From: Tepidanaerobacteraceae bacterium
GTDB taxonomy: Bacteria > Bacillota > Thermosediminibacteria > Thermosediminibacterales > Tepidanaerobacteraceae
Length of the DNA stretch: 24,000 bases
Direction of reading: 5' to 3'
NCBI GenBank assembly: GCA_049658265.1
Contig: JBASOM010000021.1
Location: forward strand, 40,155-64,154
Part shown: in pieces, positions 15,714 to 24,000 of the stretch
Layout: each line of letters begins with the position of its first letter
Numbering within the stretch: position 1 is the first letter of the stretch
Notes under the pieces: generated by a model
The model's input: only the letters and a program-made list of their open reading frames with translations
The model's database searches: none
What the model was told of the DNA's origin: nothing
Made by a program: the position numbers and the translations under genes

Positions 15714-16310
15714 CTATTTTGCCAAAACACTAATTCTATAAGTGGGTATGTCTAATAGTGTGGCTGTGGATTTAATAATCTTTTCTTTGATTTTTGATGA
15801 TGAGGCTCCATCGGCAATGATGAGTATCCCTTTTATTCTAGGGGCAGTTTTTTTTAAAACCATAGCCTCTTCCTCACCATTTTTTCTGAGCAGGACCATC
15901 TGTTGATTTCTTTGCTTTTCTACAATTGTCCTAACACCTCCTTCATTGTCTTTTTCCTCAGATGTTTTTTCGGTGTCAATAACATTAAATGCCGGTTCAA
16001 TCAATGTCTCATCCTCTAAGACAATCATCACATTAACATCACCTACGCCTTCTACTTGGCCCAACAATTCTGACAGTTGTTTTTCCAGCCTATTCTCATA
16101 AGACAGGTTTTCTATTGACTGACGGGGAATTTGTTGTAACTCTTTAGAGTCGTTTTTCGCGTGCTTGTAATTAGTATCGGAAAACATTTTGCTTAAGGAC
16201 ATCAGCAACAATCCCAATGTAAAAATAAAAATAAATTTGGAAACGACCTTGTTCTTGGGATTCTTTATCCATTCAAGAATCGACTTTATGTCTAGTTGTG
16301 ATTTCATCAA
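15714..16310 (-). CDS. spoIIIAG: Stage III sporulation protein AG
   Basis: 198 aa with an N-terminal TM segment and a C-terminal ring-forming domain (GVGDVNVMIVL...IKGILIIADGA). Position in the operon supports the call. Confidence 0.85.
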   Translation of the reverse strand: MMKSQLDIKSILEWIKNPKNKVVSKFIFIFTLGLLLMSLSKMFSDTNYKHAKNDSKELQQIPRQSIENLSYENRLEKQLSELLGQVEGVGDVNVMIVLEDETLIEPAFNVIDTEKTSEEKDNEGGVRTIVEKQRNQQMVLLRKNGEEEAMVLKKTAPRIKGILIIADGASSSKIKEKIIKSTATLLDIPTYRISVLAK

Positions 16311-16311
16311 C

Positions 16312-16941
16312 TCAATCCTCCAAACTTATATATATTTTCTCTTCGGGAATATTAAAGCTTGCAGCCAAGTAGTTTACAATTTCTTTAAACTCTTCTTTTG
16401 TCATTTCGGAAAGGACGTTAGAACCCAATGGTTTATTATCTATCTTTACTTTCTCAATGGATATTTTTTCTTGTTTGACATTTCCGTCAGCAAGCTGACC
16501 TGGTGGATTTTTATTCAAAGTTATTACAATTTCAGATATTTGCCCAAAGTCAGGACTAGAAAAATCCTCAACTAGTTTAACAGATACATCTCGAAGGTCA
16601 TGAGAAGTTATTTCGGCTATTTTTTGAAATAAATACTTCTCAATATTTGCTTTATACTCTGCAATCTTTATTTTATCGTTGTTTTCACTTAAGATGTGGG
16701 ACTTTGAATTAATACTTCTGTAATCTATAGGATCATCATATACAAAAGCAATTTCGTCAATTGAGAAATCCCTATGAAAAAGAGACATCACCGGACTCAT
16801 TATTACTATCATCACTAAAAGACCTAAAAAAACTTTTACATACCTTGAAAAGCTTTTTTCCGGTATAAAAAAATCAACAAAGGCCGCAAACATGACCACC
16901 ATCACTATTTGTCTAACCCATTGGCTTACTGCAGCAAGCAT
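16312..16941 (-). CDS. spoIIIAF: Stage III sporulation protein AF
   Basis: 209 aa with two N-terminal TM helices. Position in the operon supports the call. Confidence 0.8.
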   Translation of the reverse strand: MLAAVSQWVRQIVMVVMFAAFVDFFIPEKSFSRYVKVFLGLLVMIVIMSPVMSLFHRDFSIDEIAFVYDDPIDYRSINSKSHILSENNDKIKIAEYKANIEKYLFQKIAEITSHDLRDVSVKLVEDFSSPDFGQISEIVITLNKNPPGQLADGNVKQEKISIEKVKIDNKPLGSNVLSEMTKEEFKEIVNYLAASFNIPEEKIYISLED

Positions 16942-16945
16942 TGCA

Positions 16946-18118
16946 TCACCTCATCATAAGGCTAATGTTGCCGGACGCAATGATTACCGTTACAGCTACA
17001 AAAAACATTAATGCAACAGAGCTTACTGTAACAGCAATAAAAGTTAAATTGCCTGCTATTTCATTTAAACATTTGACCATTGGTTCAACTCCTAAAGGCT
17101 GAATTATAGCCCCTGCTAACCTATATATGAACACCATAGCCAATATTTTAATCACCGGAAATAAAATAGTTAAAAATATTACAACCAGGCCGGTAAATCC
17201 AATGGCATTTTTTAGTATTAAAGAACAGCCTACAACCGTGTCTATCGTATCCGAAAAAATACTGCCGACTATGGGAATAAAGTTTTTTGAAGCAAATTTG
17301 GCAGTTCTTATTGTTATTCCATCTACCGTTGATGCAGCAGCACCTTGAACCACTAAAATGCCTAAAAAAGCGCTGAGGAAAAGACCAAGCAAAAAAATAC
17401 ATACTTGTTTCAATAGAGATGATAACGCGGACACATGAAACCTGTCAGAAATGCTGCTTATAATACCTAATGCAGCTACAAAATAAATAATAGGAAGCAG
17501 AATATTTCTAATCCATGTACTTGCTATAGAAACACCTAAAAAGATTACTGGGTTGAAGATAGCAACTGAAGTTAAACCGCCTATAGAAGCGAGCAACGGT
17601 AGAATTACCGGCAACAGCGCTTGAATGACACTTACCATTTTATCTATTGTGTCCCTACCTACTCCCAAAGCAATGTCAAAACTTTGAATAGCTATTGCTA
17701 TCAGCAGTAAAAATGTAAATGCATATGTTACCTTTCCGATGTTATCATTTTCAAAGGCGCTTTGCACATTATACATCACCGCGCAAATTATAGATATGAT
17801 TATGAGTTCAGCTAATAAGCTCATGTTTGCAGATAATTCATGGAAAAAGTATCCTGCTATGCCCGTTATTAAAGCTTTTAAGTCGTAAGGTTTTTGACCT
17901 CTAAAGGCTTTTATCAAATCATCCAAACCATACTGAGGTATGTAATCTCTATAAGTTGAATTTAATTGTTCAATGAATAAATCAAATTCTGCCTTATCAA
18001 TTAGTTCATATTGTTTTTTTAGTATTTCTTCATTTATGTTGTCCTGGGCCAAAGCAGTGTTTGCAGCAAAGAACAAAGATATTATTAAAGTAATTACAAC
18101 AAAATATACTATTTTCAA
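16946..18118 (-). CDS. spoIIIAE: Stage III sporulation protein AE (polytopic membrane protein)
   Basis: 390 aa with a signal-like N-terminus and multiple TM helices. It uses a TTG start after AAGGAGG. Position in the operon supports the call. Confidence 0.88.
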   Translation of the reverse strand: MKIVYFVVITLIISLFFAANTALAQDNINEEILKKQYELIDKAEFDLFIEQLNSTYRDYIPQYGLDDLIKAFRGQKPYDLKALITGIAGYFFHELSANMSLLAELIIISIICAVMYNVQSAFENDNIGKVTYAFTFLLLIAIAIQSFDIALGVGRDTIDKMVSVIQALLPVILPLLASIGGLTSVAIFNPVIFLGVSIASTWIRNILLPIIYFVAALGIISSISDRFHVSALSSLLKQVCIFLLGLFLSAFLGILVVQGAAASTVDGITIRTAKFASKNFIPIVGSIFSDTIDTVVGCSLILKNAIGFTGLVVIFLTILFPVIKILAMVFIYRLAGAIIQPLGVEPMVKCLNEIAGNLTFIAVTVSSVALMFFVAVTVIIASGNISLMMR

Positions 18119-18167
18119 AAAATACTAAACCTCCTTGTACAATATAGTTGGTTTTCCGAGCACGTCT

Positions 18168-18554
18168 TCAAGGAAGTATCCTGATAACCATATCCATCAC
18201 TGCCATTAAAAGCGGGAGTGATAAAACTAATATGAGTATCTTTGCACCAAATTCTATCTTTGACGCTATTGCGTGCGAACCAGCATCTTTGCATATTTGT
18301 GAGCCAAATTCAGCTATATAAGCTATTCCTATAATTTTAAAAACAGTACTGATATACAAATTGTTAATATTGGCTCTTAATGATAACTCCCTTAAATATT
18401 CAATAACAGCTAGAATTTGGTCTATCATGCGCAGGAAGATTATTGCACCCACAATTATACTCATTTGCAAAGCGATTTCCGGCCTGTCCTCCCGAAGAAG
18501 CACCACAAGTATTGTTGTAACAATGCAGAGGCCGACAATTTGTATTATTTCCAT
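18168..18554 (-). CDS. spoIIIAD: Stage III sporulation protein AD
   Basis: 128 aa and about four TM helices. SD AGGAGG lies 7 nt before the ATG. Position in the operon supports the call. Confidence 0.88.
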   Translation of the reverse strand: MEIIQIVGLCIVTTILVVLLREDRPEIALQMSIIVGAIIFLRMIDQILAVIEYLRELSLRANINNLYISTVFKIIGIAYIAEFGSQICKDAGSHAIASKIEFGAKILILVLSLPLLMAVMDMVIRILP

Positions 18555-18565
18555 GAAAAGTCCTC

Positions 18566-18763
18566 CTAATAAAGTTGGAACATGCTTTTGACGTTCGAAA
18601 ATAACTGACTGACCAATTGTATTACCATCATTAAAACTATTACGACACCAACAAGAGTAGTCATTTGAGCTTGCTCCTTCCTGCCCGCTTCATCAAGTAC
18701 TTTGCTCAAAATTGAAATGACGATGCCGATCGCAGCTATTTTGAATAGAATATCTACTTCCAC
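18566..18763 (-). CDS. spoIIIAC: Stage III sporulation protein AC
   Basis: With GTG 18763 as start (AGAGAGGTG 5 nt upstream) the protein is 65 aa with two TM helices, the expected SpoIIIAC size. The track's 84-aa version overlaps spoIIIAB. Confidence 0.85.
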   Translation of the reverse strand: MEVDILFKIAAIGIVISILSKVLDEAGRKEQAQMTTLVGVVIVLMMVIQLVSQLFSNVKSMFQLY

Positions 18764-18779
18764 ACTAACACCTCTCTTG

Positions 18780-19301
18780 CTAATATAGTAAGAGGACAAC
18801 CATGATGCCCGACAATACACCTAAATATCTCCACATTTTCTCATTCTTCTCCTTTTCCTGAATTGAGCTGAGTTCTTGTTGCCTTAAATTGTTCATTGCC
18901 AATCTTATATTTTTAATTTGGTCCTGTTTGTCCGTTGAGCCCAGGTATTTCCCGAATGCTATTAATATTTCATAATCATTTTCTGCTATATAAGAGTTAA
19001 AAAAGAATTCCTTTAGCGACTTTTCCCATGCTTCATCGGCAGTCAAACCATTTCTGGAAGAAAGATACTGTGCTGCTCGAGCAAAAAGTTCCGCCACATC
19101 CTTATCACACTTCCTGCTGATGCTCTTTAGTGCTTGTGGAAGCGGTAAATGGCCATAGTTTATTTCAGATTCAAGCATGGAAAGTGCTGCTTGTAAATTT
19201 CTCAATGTATTAGGTCTTTTTTTATAAGTACCAGCGATAATAAAGCCTATCATGCTAGAAGATAGAACAACCATCATTCCTCCCACAAGTTTCAGCCACA
19301 C
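18780..19301 (-). CDS. spoIIIAB: Stage III sporulation protein AB
   Basis: 173 aa with one N-terminal and one C-terminal TM helix. It overlaps the spoIIIAA stop by 10 nt. Confidence 0.85.
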   Translation of the reverse strand: MWLKLVGGMMVVLSSSMIGFIIAGTYKKRPNTLRNLQAALSMLESEINYGHLPLPQALKSISRKCDKDVAELFARAAQYLSSRNGLTADEAWEKSLKEFFFNSYIAENDYEILIAFGKYLGSTDKQDQIKNIRLAMNNLRQQELSSIQEKEKNEKMWRYLGVLSGIMVVLLLY

Positions 19302-20308
19302 ATCTTTTCCTCCCTCCTGATTTTTATCAAATTCCTTCCAGTCGCGCTATCCAGTATGGCTTCTATTTTTCCCACTCCTAAATTCTTACTTAGGATGATG
19401 TATCTATCAAAAAATAATCTGTTTATCAATTTTCGAATGGTAGGCCTCTTTTTTATTTCTTCAAGACTTGAGCCGTGCACCGTAGCGATAATGGCAACAC
19501 CTGCATTTATGACTTCTTCGATTGCCAGAGCATCTTCATTTTTTCCTATTTCGTCGGTTGCGATTAAATCCGGTGACATAGAGCGAAGAAGCATCATTAT
19601 GCCCTTGGCCTTTGGGCAGCCGTCCAGTACATCCGTTCTCATGCCAACATCGTTTTGAGGGACTCCCTCATAGCAGCAAGCAATTTCCGACCGCTCATCA
19701 ACCAGTCCGACATTAATTCCATTGATTCCAAGTCTATCTACTCCGTTGCTGAGCTGTCTTATCAGGTCCCTAAGTAGAGTTGTTTTGCCTGCTTTTGGAG
19801 GAGATATAATTAATGCATTTAACAGCCGACCCTTATCTACTATGTAGGGTAAGACTTTATCTGCCGCTCCGATTATCTCCCTTGCTATTCTTATGTTTAA
19901 GCTCGATATGTTTCTGATAGCCTTAATATCATTATTCTCTAAAATCACATGACCTGAAAAACCAACTCTATGACCACCCGAAATGGTTATATAGCCATTT
20001 TTCAATTCTTCTTCAAAGGAATACACTGAGCATTGACTTATAAAGTGATAGGATTTATTGATATCTTCCTTCGTTACGTAATAAGCTAAATCACAATTCC
20101 GGGTTATCTCCCCATTATTTGTGAGCATAAAAGCCTCATTGTTTATTGTTAGCATTAGCGGTTTCATAGCTCTAAGCCTGATCTCTTCTAAACTCAAAAG
20201 ATATTTTATGTCTATGGATTCTATGGTTTTTGCTATGTGCAAAGGCAGTATGGGCAATATTTCATTTTGTAATACAATTTCAATTGATTTATTACCTTTA
20301 ATGCCCAT
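19292..20308 (-). CDS. spoIIIAA: Stage III sporulation protein AA (secretion-type AAA+ ATPase)
   Basis: 338 aa with Walker A (SPPKAGKTTLLRDL) and Walker B-like (LIATDEIG) motifs. It is the first gene of the eight-gene spoIIIA array. Confidence 0.92.
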   Translation of the reverse strand: MGIKGNKSIEIVLQNEILPILPLHIAKTIESIDIKYLLSLEEIRLRAMKPLMLTINNEAFMLTNNGEITRNCDLAYYVTKEDINKSYHFISQCSVYSFEEELKNGYITISGGHRVGFSGHVILENNDIKAIRNISSLNIRIAREIIGAADKVLPYIVDKGRLLNALIISPPKAGKTTLLRDLIRQLSNGVDRLGINGINVGLVDERSEIACCYEGVPQNDVGMRTDVLDGCPKAKGIMMLLRSMSPDLIATDEIGKNEDALAIEEVINAGVAIIATVHGSSLEEIKKRPTIRKLINRLFFDRYIILSKNLGVGKIEAILDSATGRNLIKIRREEKMCG

Positions 20309-20370
20309 AATTGTCTTGTCCCCCTCTTTATAAATTTATATTTAATGCTTTTTATGTTTATGACTGAAAT

Positions 20371-20412
20371 AAAAAAAAGAGGGCTAAAACCCTCAAGTTT
20401 AAAACCCTCTTT
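20371..20412 (-). terminator. Probable Rho-independent terminator after the acidic zinc-ribbon gene
   Basis: On the minus strand two competing stems are possible. AAAGAGGG (20412-20405) or GAGGG (20394-20390) pairs with CCCUC(UUU) (20383-20376). A run of 8 U follows (20378-20371). Confidence 0.5.
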
Positions 20413-20428
20413 AATTTTGCTAATAATA

Positions 20429-20860
20429 TTATTCATTTTCTGCGTCATCAAATACAATTGTCGCTTTGCAATTTGGGCATTCTGCCTTGCCATCATCTAA
20501 AAAATCTTTGTCAATATATACTGTCTCACGGCAATTTGGACAATCTGCTTCTACAAAATCATCATCATCAAAATCAAACTCATCATCGTCGTAATCATCA
20601 AAGTCGTCGTATTCATCATAATCATCATCTTCATAATCCATGTCGTAAAAATCATCTTCCAGTTCTCCCAAATCTTCATCTATGCATTCTACGTATTCTT
20701 GTGTGTCATCTATTGTCATTTTAAGATCATTTATTGCATCAGCCATGTCATCCAAAATACTAATTATCTCAGATAGTACTCTTTTGACTTTTTCATCTTC
20801 TATTTCCAGGCCTTCTACAAGACCTTTAACATAAGATACCTTTAAGCTAATGTCATACAT
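20429..20860 (-). CDS. Hyper-acidic zinc-ribbon protein (resembles Clostridia proteins annotated as CD1247 N-terminal domain-containing)
   Basis: 143 aa. It has a helical N-terminal domain of about 50 aa. Residues 61-106 are 30/46 D/E plus 10 F/Y by my count. A C-terminal CPNC-x17-CPNC ribbon follows. The gene lies between efp and spoIIIAA. Confidence 0.6.
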   Translation of the reverse strand: MYDISLKVSYVKGLVEGLEIEDEKVKRVLSEIISILDDMADAINDLKMTIDDTQEYVECIDEDLGELEDDFYDMDYEDDDYDEYDDFDDYDDDEFDFDDDDFVEADCPNCRETVYIDKDFLDDGKAECPNCKATIVFDDAENE

Positions 20861-20882
20861 CTCTTGATCCTCCTTTTTTATA

Positions 20883-21440
20883 TTATACTCTGCCTAAATA
20901 CTCCCCTGTTCTCGTATCTACTCTTATTATATCGCCGATATTGATAAACAGCGGCACCTGGACTGTTAGACCGGTCTCCAGGGTGGCTGGTTTGGAACCT
21001 CCTGTTGCAGTATCGCCTTTAAATCCAGGCTCAGTTTCAGTTACCTCAAGTTCTACAAATGTTGGTAATTCGATTCCTATGGAAACGCCCTCATGCAACA
21101 TAACCATAACTTCCAAGTTTTCCTTTAGATAATCAACCGAATCTCCTAATTGGTCTTTATTGAGAGGAATCTGTTCATAAGTTTGGGTATCCATAAAATA
21201 GTATACATCACCTTCAGAATATATATACTGCATAGTCTTTCTTTCCACAATAGCACGATTCAGTTTTTCCCCTGCTCTAAAGGTTCTTTCAAAGACTTGT
21301 CCGGTTTTTACGTTCTTTATTTTCGTTCTGACAAAAGCAGCACCTTTTCCTGGTTTTACATGCTGAAAATCTACAATCATAAAAACTTCGCCATCAATTT
21401 CAACGGTTACACCTGTTTTTAAGTCGTTAGTAGATATCAA
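20883..21440 (-). CDS. efp: Translation elongation factor P
   Basis: With TTG 21440 as start (GGAGG 8 nt upstream) the protein is 185 aa ([10 protein letters not shown]...[13 protein letters not shown]...). The track's GTG 21449 lies inside the SD. Confidence 0.95.
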   Translation of the reverse strand: MISTNDLKTGVTVEIDGEVFMIVDFQHVKPGKGAAFVRTKIKNVKTGQVFERTFRAGEKLNRAIVERKTMQYIYSEGDVYYFMDTQTYEQIPLNKDQLGDSVDYLKENLEVMVMLHEGVSIGIELPTFVELEVTETEPGFKGDTATGGSKPATLETGLTVQVPLFINIGDIIRVDTRTGEYLGRV

Positions 21441-21455
21441 GAAAAACACCTCCAG

Positions 21456-22529
21456 TTATAAACAGATTAAAGCTTTTTCGCTATGAGTTAAATTCTCACA
21501 TCCCTTTTCAGTTAATACGACCATATCCTCTATCCTTACCCCACCGAAATGTTTTATGTAAATTCCCGGCTCCACTGTCACTACCATTCCTGGTAAAAGT
21601 ACGTTTTCAACATTTGGGGACAGTCTTGGGGCTTCATGGATTTCCAATCCTACACCATGACCTAAACCATGACCGAAATAATTGCCATAACCTCGATCGG
21701 AAATGTGTCTTCTTGCCACATCATCAATATCCTTACCTTTTAAGCCGGGTTTAATTGCTTCCAAAGCCTTGTTTTGGGCATCAAGAACCGCATTGTAGAT
21801 TGACAGTTGCTGCTCTGATGGCTCCCCTATTATTACGGTCCTGGTCATATCCGAACAATAGCCTTTAAAGCGAGCACCAAAATCAATAGTAACGAAATCT
21901 TTACGCTGCAATTTGCGTTCAGATGGGACACCATGGGGCAACGAGGTTTTAGGACCGGAAATTAGTATGGTCTCAAAGGCTGTATTTTTAGAGCCGCTTT
22001 TTTTCATAAAGTATTCTAGCTCGGCTACTAAATCCAGTTCCCTCACTCCGGGTTTAATAAAGGCTAATATATGCTCAAAAGCTTTGTCGGTTATTTGCTG
22101 TGCAGATTTTATGAAGGCGATTTCACTGGTATCTTTAATGATTCTCAGATCTTCAACTAGACCCTCAGTTTTTATTAAATTAACACCTTCACAAATATCA
22201 GAAAGCTCATCATACTCTTTAACGGTCAATGAATGGCTTTCAACACCGATATTCTTCAAGTTCAGCTCTTTTATAAGCTCATATGCAGCTGAAAAAATGG
22301 AAACACCAGGTCGGGTCTCTACAATCTCAAAGCCTGTTGTTTCATGCTTTGCCTGCTCAACATATCTAAAATCAGTAATAATATAGTTTACTTCATCGGT
22401 TATTATCGTTAAACCTTCACCAGAAAAAGCACTTAGATAATAAATATTTTCCGGTTTGCTAACAATTAATCCCTTTATACTATGATTTAATAGTTTTTCC
22501 CTTAATTTTTTTATACGAGCCTGTATCAA
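21456..22529 (-). CDS. M24-family Xaa-Pro aminopeptidase/dipeptidase
   Basis: 357 aa with a creatinase-like N-terminal domain and M24 metal ligand motifs (DFGARFKGYCSDMTRT, HGLGHGVGLEIHE, VEPGIY, RIEDMV). It uses a TTG start after AAAGGGGGG. It holds the classic position upstream of efp. Confidence 0.9.
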   Translation of the reverse strand: MIQARIKKLREKLLNHSIKGLIVSKPENIYYLSAFSGEGLTIITDEVNYIITDFRYVEQAKHETTGFEIVETRPGVSIFSAAYELIKELNLKNIGVESHSLTVKEYDELSDICEGVNLIKTEGLVEDLRIIKDTSEIAFIKSAQQITDKAFEHILAFIKPGVRELDLVAELEYFMKKSGSKNTAFETILISGPKTSLPHGVPSERKLQRKDFVTIDFGARFKGYCSDMTRTVIIGEPSEQQLSIYNAVLDAQNKALEAIKPGLKGKDIDDVARRHISDRGYGNYFGHGLGHGVGLEIHEAPRLSPNVENVLLPGMVVTVEPGIYIKHFGGVRIEDMVVLTEKGCENLTHSEKALICL

Positions 22530-22643
22530 GCAATCCCCCCTTTAAAAGGATAACATTACTATCGTGAGTATTTCCCCCAGAGTGCATAAATATTCTTTTA
22601 TAATATTATCATATTTCCTTTTTTTTGAATAGGCCCTTATCAA

Positions 22644-23726
22644 CTAATCTCCAAAGCTGATTCCAAGCTCCCGGGCAGCCTTGATTAGCTGATGATCCCT
22701 CGGTACCGCCCTTATCAATTTTGGAATATCTTCGAAATCGATAAATGTGATTTTACCATTTTGCAGGGATACCATGCAACCGGATTTGCCAGATATAGCC
22801 AATTTTGCCGCCTCAACTCCGTATCGGGTTGCAAGTATCCTGTCAAAGTGAGAAGGTGATCCTCCACGCTGCAAGTGACCTAGAACGGTTGCCCGGCTTT
22901 CGATACCGGTAACTTTTTCGACCATATCTGCTATGACGTAAGCGATGCCTCCGAGTCTAATCAGATCGGAGCTACCATCGATCACCTTTTTTAGCACTTG
23001 GCTGCCATCATGAGTCTTAACCCCTTCAGCTACGACCACAATGCTGAAATACTTGTCTTCTTCCCTGCGCTTATATATCTTTTCGGCAACTTTTTCAATG
23101 CTCCAAGGGATTTCCGGTATGAGAATGACATCGGCACCGCCTGCAACACCGCTGTATAGGGCTATCCAACCGGCATATCTGCCCATCACTTCAAGCACCA
23201 TTACCCTATGATGAGATTCTGCTGTTGTATGCAGTCGATCTAATGCATCTACAGCTACTGAAACTGCTGTATCAAAGCCAAAAGTCTGCTCCGTTCCGTT
23301 AAGGTCATTGTCGATGGTTTTGGGAACACCAACAATCCTTGCGCCTTTCTGAGATAGTTCTTTTGCTATGGCAAGCGTCCCATCTCCGCCTATTACTACG
23401 AGGCACTCGATCCCGAACAATTTCAGATTTTGAAGGGCTGTATCCGACATATCTTTATATATTAGCTTTTCGCCTTCCTTCACCGGGAAATTAAATGGGT
23501 TGTCCCGGTTGTTGGAACCGAGAATAGTACCGCCCTTTGGCAGGAGGCCGGAAATATATGGCTTTGTCAGCACTATGAATTCCCCTTTTATTAGGCCGCT
23601 GAAACCATTCTTAAAACCGTAAAGCTCCACACCTGCAGCCTCAGCCACCCTGGCCACGGCCCTAATAACAGCATTGAGGCCAGGAGCATCTCCGCCTCCC
23701 GTAAGTATGCCAATCCTTTTCACCAT
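22644..23726 (-). CDS. pfkA: 6-phosphofructokinase (phosphoryl donor not assignable from sequence alone)
   Basis: It shows MVKRIGILTGGGDAPGLNAVIR, IGGDGTLAIA and GVPKTIDNDL. I place the start at ATG 23726, 5 nt after AAGAGG. The track starts at GTG 23732. Confidence 0.9.
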   Translation of the reverse strand: MVKRIGILTGGGDAPGLNAVIRAVARVAEAAGVELYGFKNGFSGLIKGEFIVLTKPYISGLLPKGGTILGSNNRDNPFNFPVKEGEKLIYKDMSDTALQNLKLFGIECLVVIGGDGTLAIAKELSQKGARIVGVPKTIDNDLNGTEQTFGFDTAVSVAVDALDRLHTTAESHHRVMVLEVMGRYAGWIALYSGVAGGADVILIPEIPWSIEKVAEKIYKRREEDKYFSIVVVAEGVKTHDGSQVLKKVIDGSSDLIRLGGIAYVIADMVEKVTGIESRATVLGHLQRGGSPSHFDRILATRYGVEAAKLAISGKSGCMVSLQNGKITFIDFEDIPKLIRAVPRDHQLIKAARELGISFGD

Positions 23727-23746
23727 CAACACCTCTTATTCTATGT

Positions 23747-24000
23747 TTAAGTTGTTGGAGGAATATAATAGAGACCGACATTAATGGTAAGTTTCCAGTC
23801 TAAAGAAGGGGAGGAATTTCTTTCTGAAAGTCCCGTTAACTTTATCTCGTTAATTCGACATATTCGATGGTAATTTTCCAACTTGTCAACAAAAGTCAAG
23901 AGTAAATCAAAATTGCCCCTTATTGTTATTTCACAGGGAATTAAGTTGACCTCAATTTCTTCGATTTGCTCCGTTTTTGTTTCCTGAGGAACGATCGAAA
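23747..24000 (-). CDS. 3' end of a PilO-like type IV pilus assembly gene (partial; 5' end lies beyond the window)
   Basis: An open frame of 83 codons runs off the window edge and stops at 23747-23749. The sequence is ...EVNLIPCEITIRGNFDLLLTFVDKLENYHRICRINEIKLTG...LDWKLTINVGLYYIP. The G-aromatic-x-D/L-L-x-F-V ... RI ... I-x-L pattern resembles PilO C-termini. It is absent from the ORF track because it contains no Met. Confidence 0.4.
   Translation of the reverse strand, partial: SIVPQETKTEQIEEIEVNLIPCEITIRGNFDLLLTFVDKLENYHRICRINEIKLTGLSERNSSPSLDWKLTINVGLYYIPPTT

Noticed and set aside
17148-17402. An 84-aa same-strand, alternative-frame ORF inside spoIIIAE, together with the many plus-strand antisense ORFs in the track (for example 5241-5983, 6212-6814, 21913-22386)
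   Set aside because: All are embedded in strongly supported genes, lack SD sites, and have the S/L/F/I-rich composition typical of off-frame or antisense translation of A/T-rich genes.
20309-20370. A search for the sigma-E promoter expected upstream of spoIIIAA
   Set aside because: I found only poor matches (for example TCATAAA-14-AATATAAA). I could not support a specific -35/-10 call, so no feature is reported.
20233-20496. An 87-aa minus-strand ORF spanning the spoIIIAA start and the upstream terminator region
   Set aside because: It overlaps the 3' end of the zinc-ribbon gene, the terminator and the spoIIIAA 5' end. It has no SD, and its composition reflects A/T-rich noncoding sequence.
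22603-22629. A possible promoter for the peptidase-efp pair (TTCAAA-15 nt-TGaTAATAT on the minus strand)
   Set aside because: The spacer is short and the -35 is weak. A/T-rich intergenic DNA produces such matches easily. It is not supported well enough to list.
23854-23869. TTCGACA followed by TTCGATG, which looks like tandem Spo0A boxes upstream of pfkA
   Set aside because: Both lie inside the open pilO-like reading frame, which continues to 23747. A single 7-mer match is expected by chance in A/T-rich DNA.
1-24000. A whole-window scan for CRISPR repeats, tRNA/rRNA genes, IS elements or transposases, integrases, phage genes, toxin-antitoxin pairs and defence systems
   Set aside because: I recognised none. 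The window reads as conserved core chromosome with continuous housekeeping and sporulation synteny.

Overview
This window is a tightly packed core-genome stretch from a low-GC, endospore-forming Firmicute, probably Clostridia-like. Every convincing gene but one lies on the minus strand. In plus-coordinate order the genes are: spoIIM, an EndoQ-like PHP protein, nudF, spo0A, spoIVB, recN, argR, nadK, a membrane-flanked nuclease-fold protein, tlyA, a small 4-TM protein, a noncoding gap of about 680 bp, ispA, xseB, xseA, nusB, DUF2273, amaP, asp23, spoIIIAH through spoIIIAA, a hyper-acidic zinc-ribbon protein, efp, an Xaa-Pro peptidase, pfkA, and the 3' end of a pilO-like gene. Non-ATG starts (TTG/GTG) with good Shine-Dalgarno (SD) sites are frequent, and I trimmed several track ORFs at the 5' end on that basis. 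The stand-out is the gap at 10349-11028. It holds no credible ORF, is visibly more G+C-rich than its flanks, and is closed by a 13-bp long-range helix. It folds into many nested helices that work only on the minus strand, and it has its own near-consensus promoter. Its size (about 603 nt) and its synteny (xseA-xseB-ispA-[RNA]-membrane protein-tlyA-nadK-argR-recN) match what I recall for OLE (ornate, large, extremophilic) RNA and its partner OapA. OLE is a published RNA class, not a new one. Its biochemical function is still unresolved, and routine annotation often misses it. I saw no CRISPR array, tRNA, rRNA, transposase or prophage signal. All calls come from reading the sequence and recalled motifs; no alignments or covariance searches were run.
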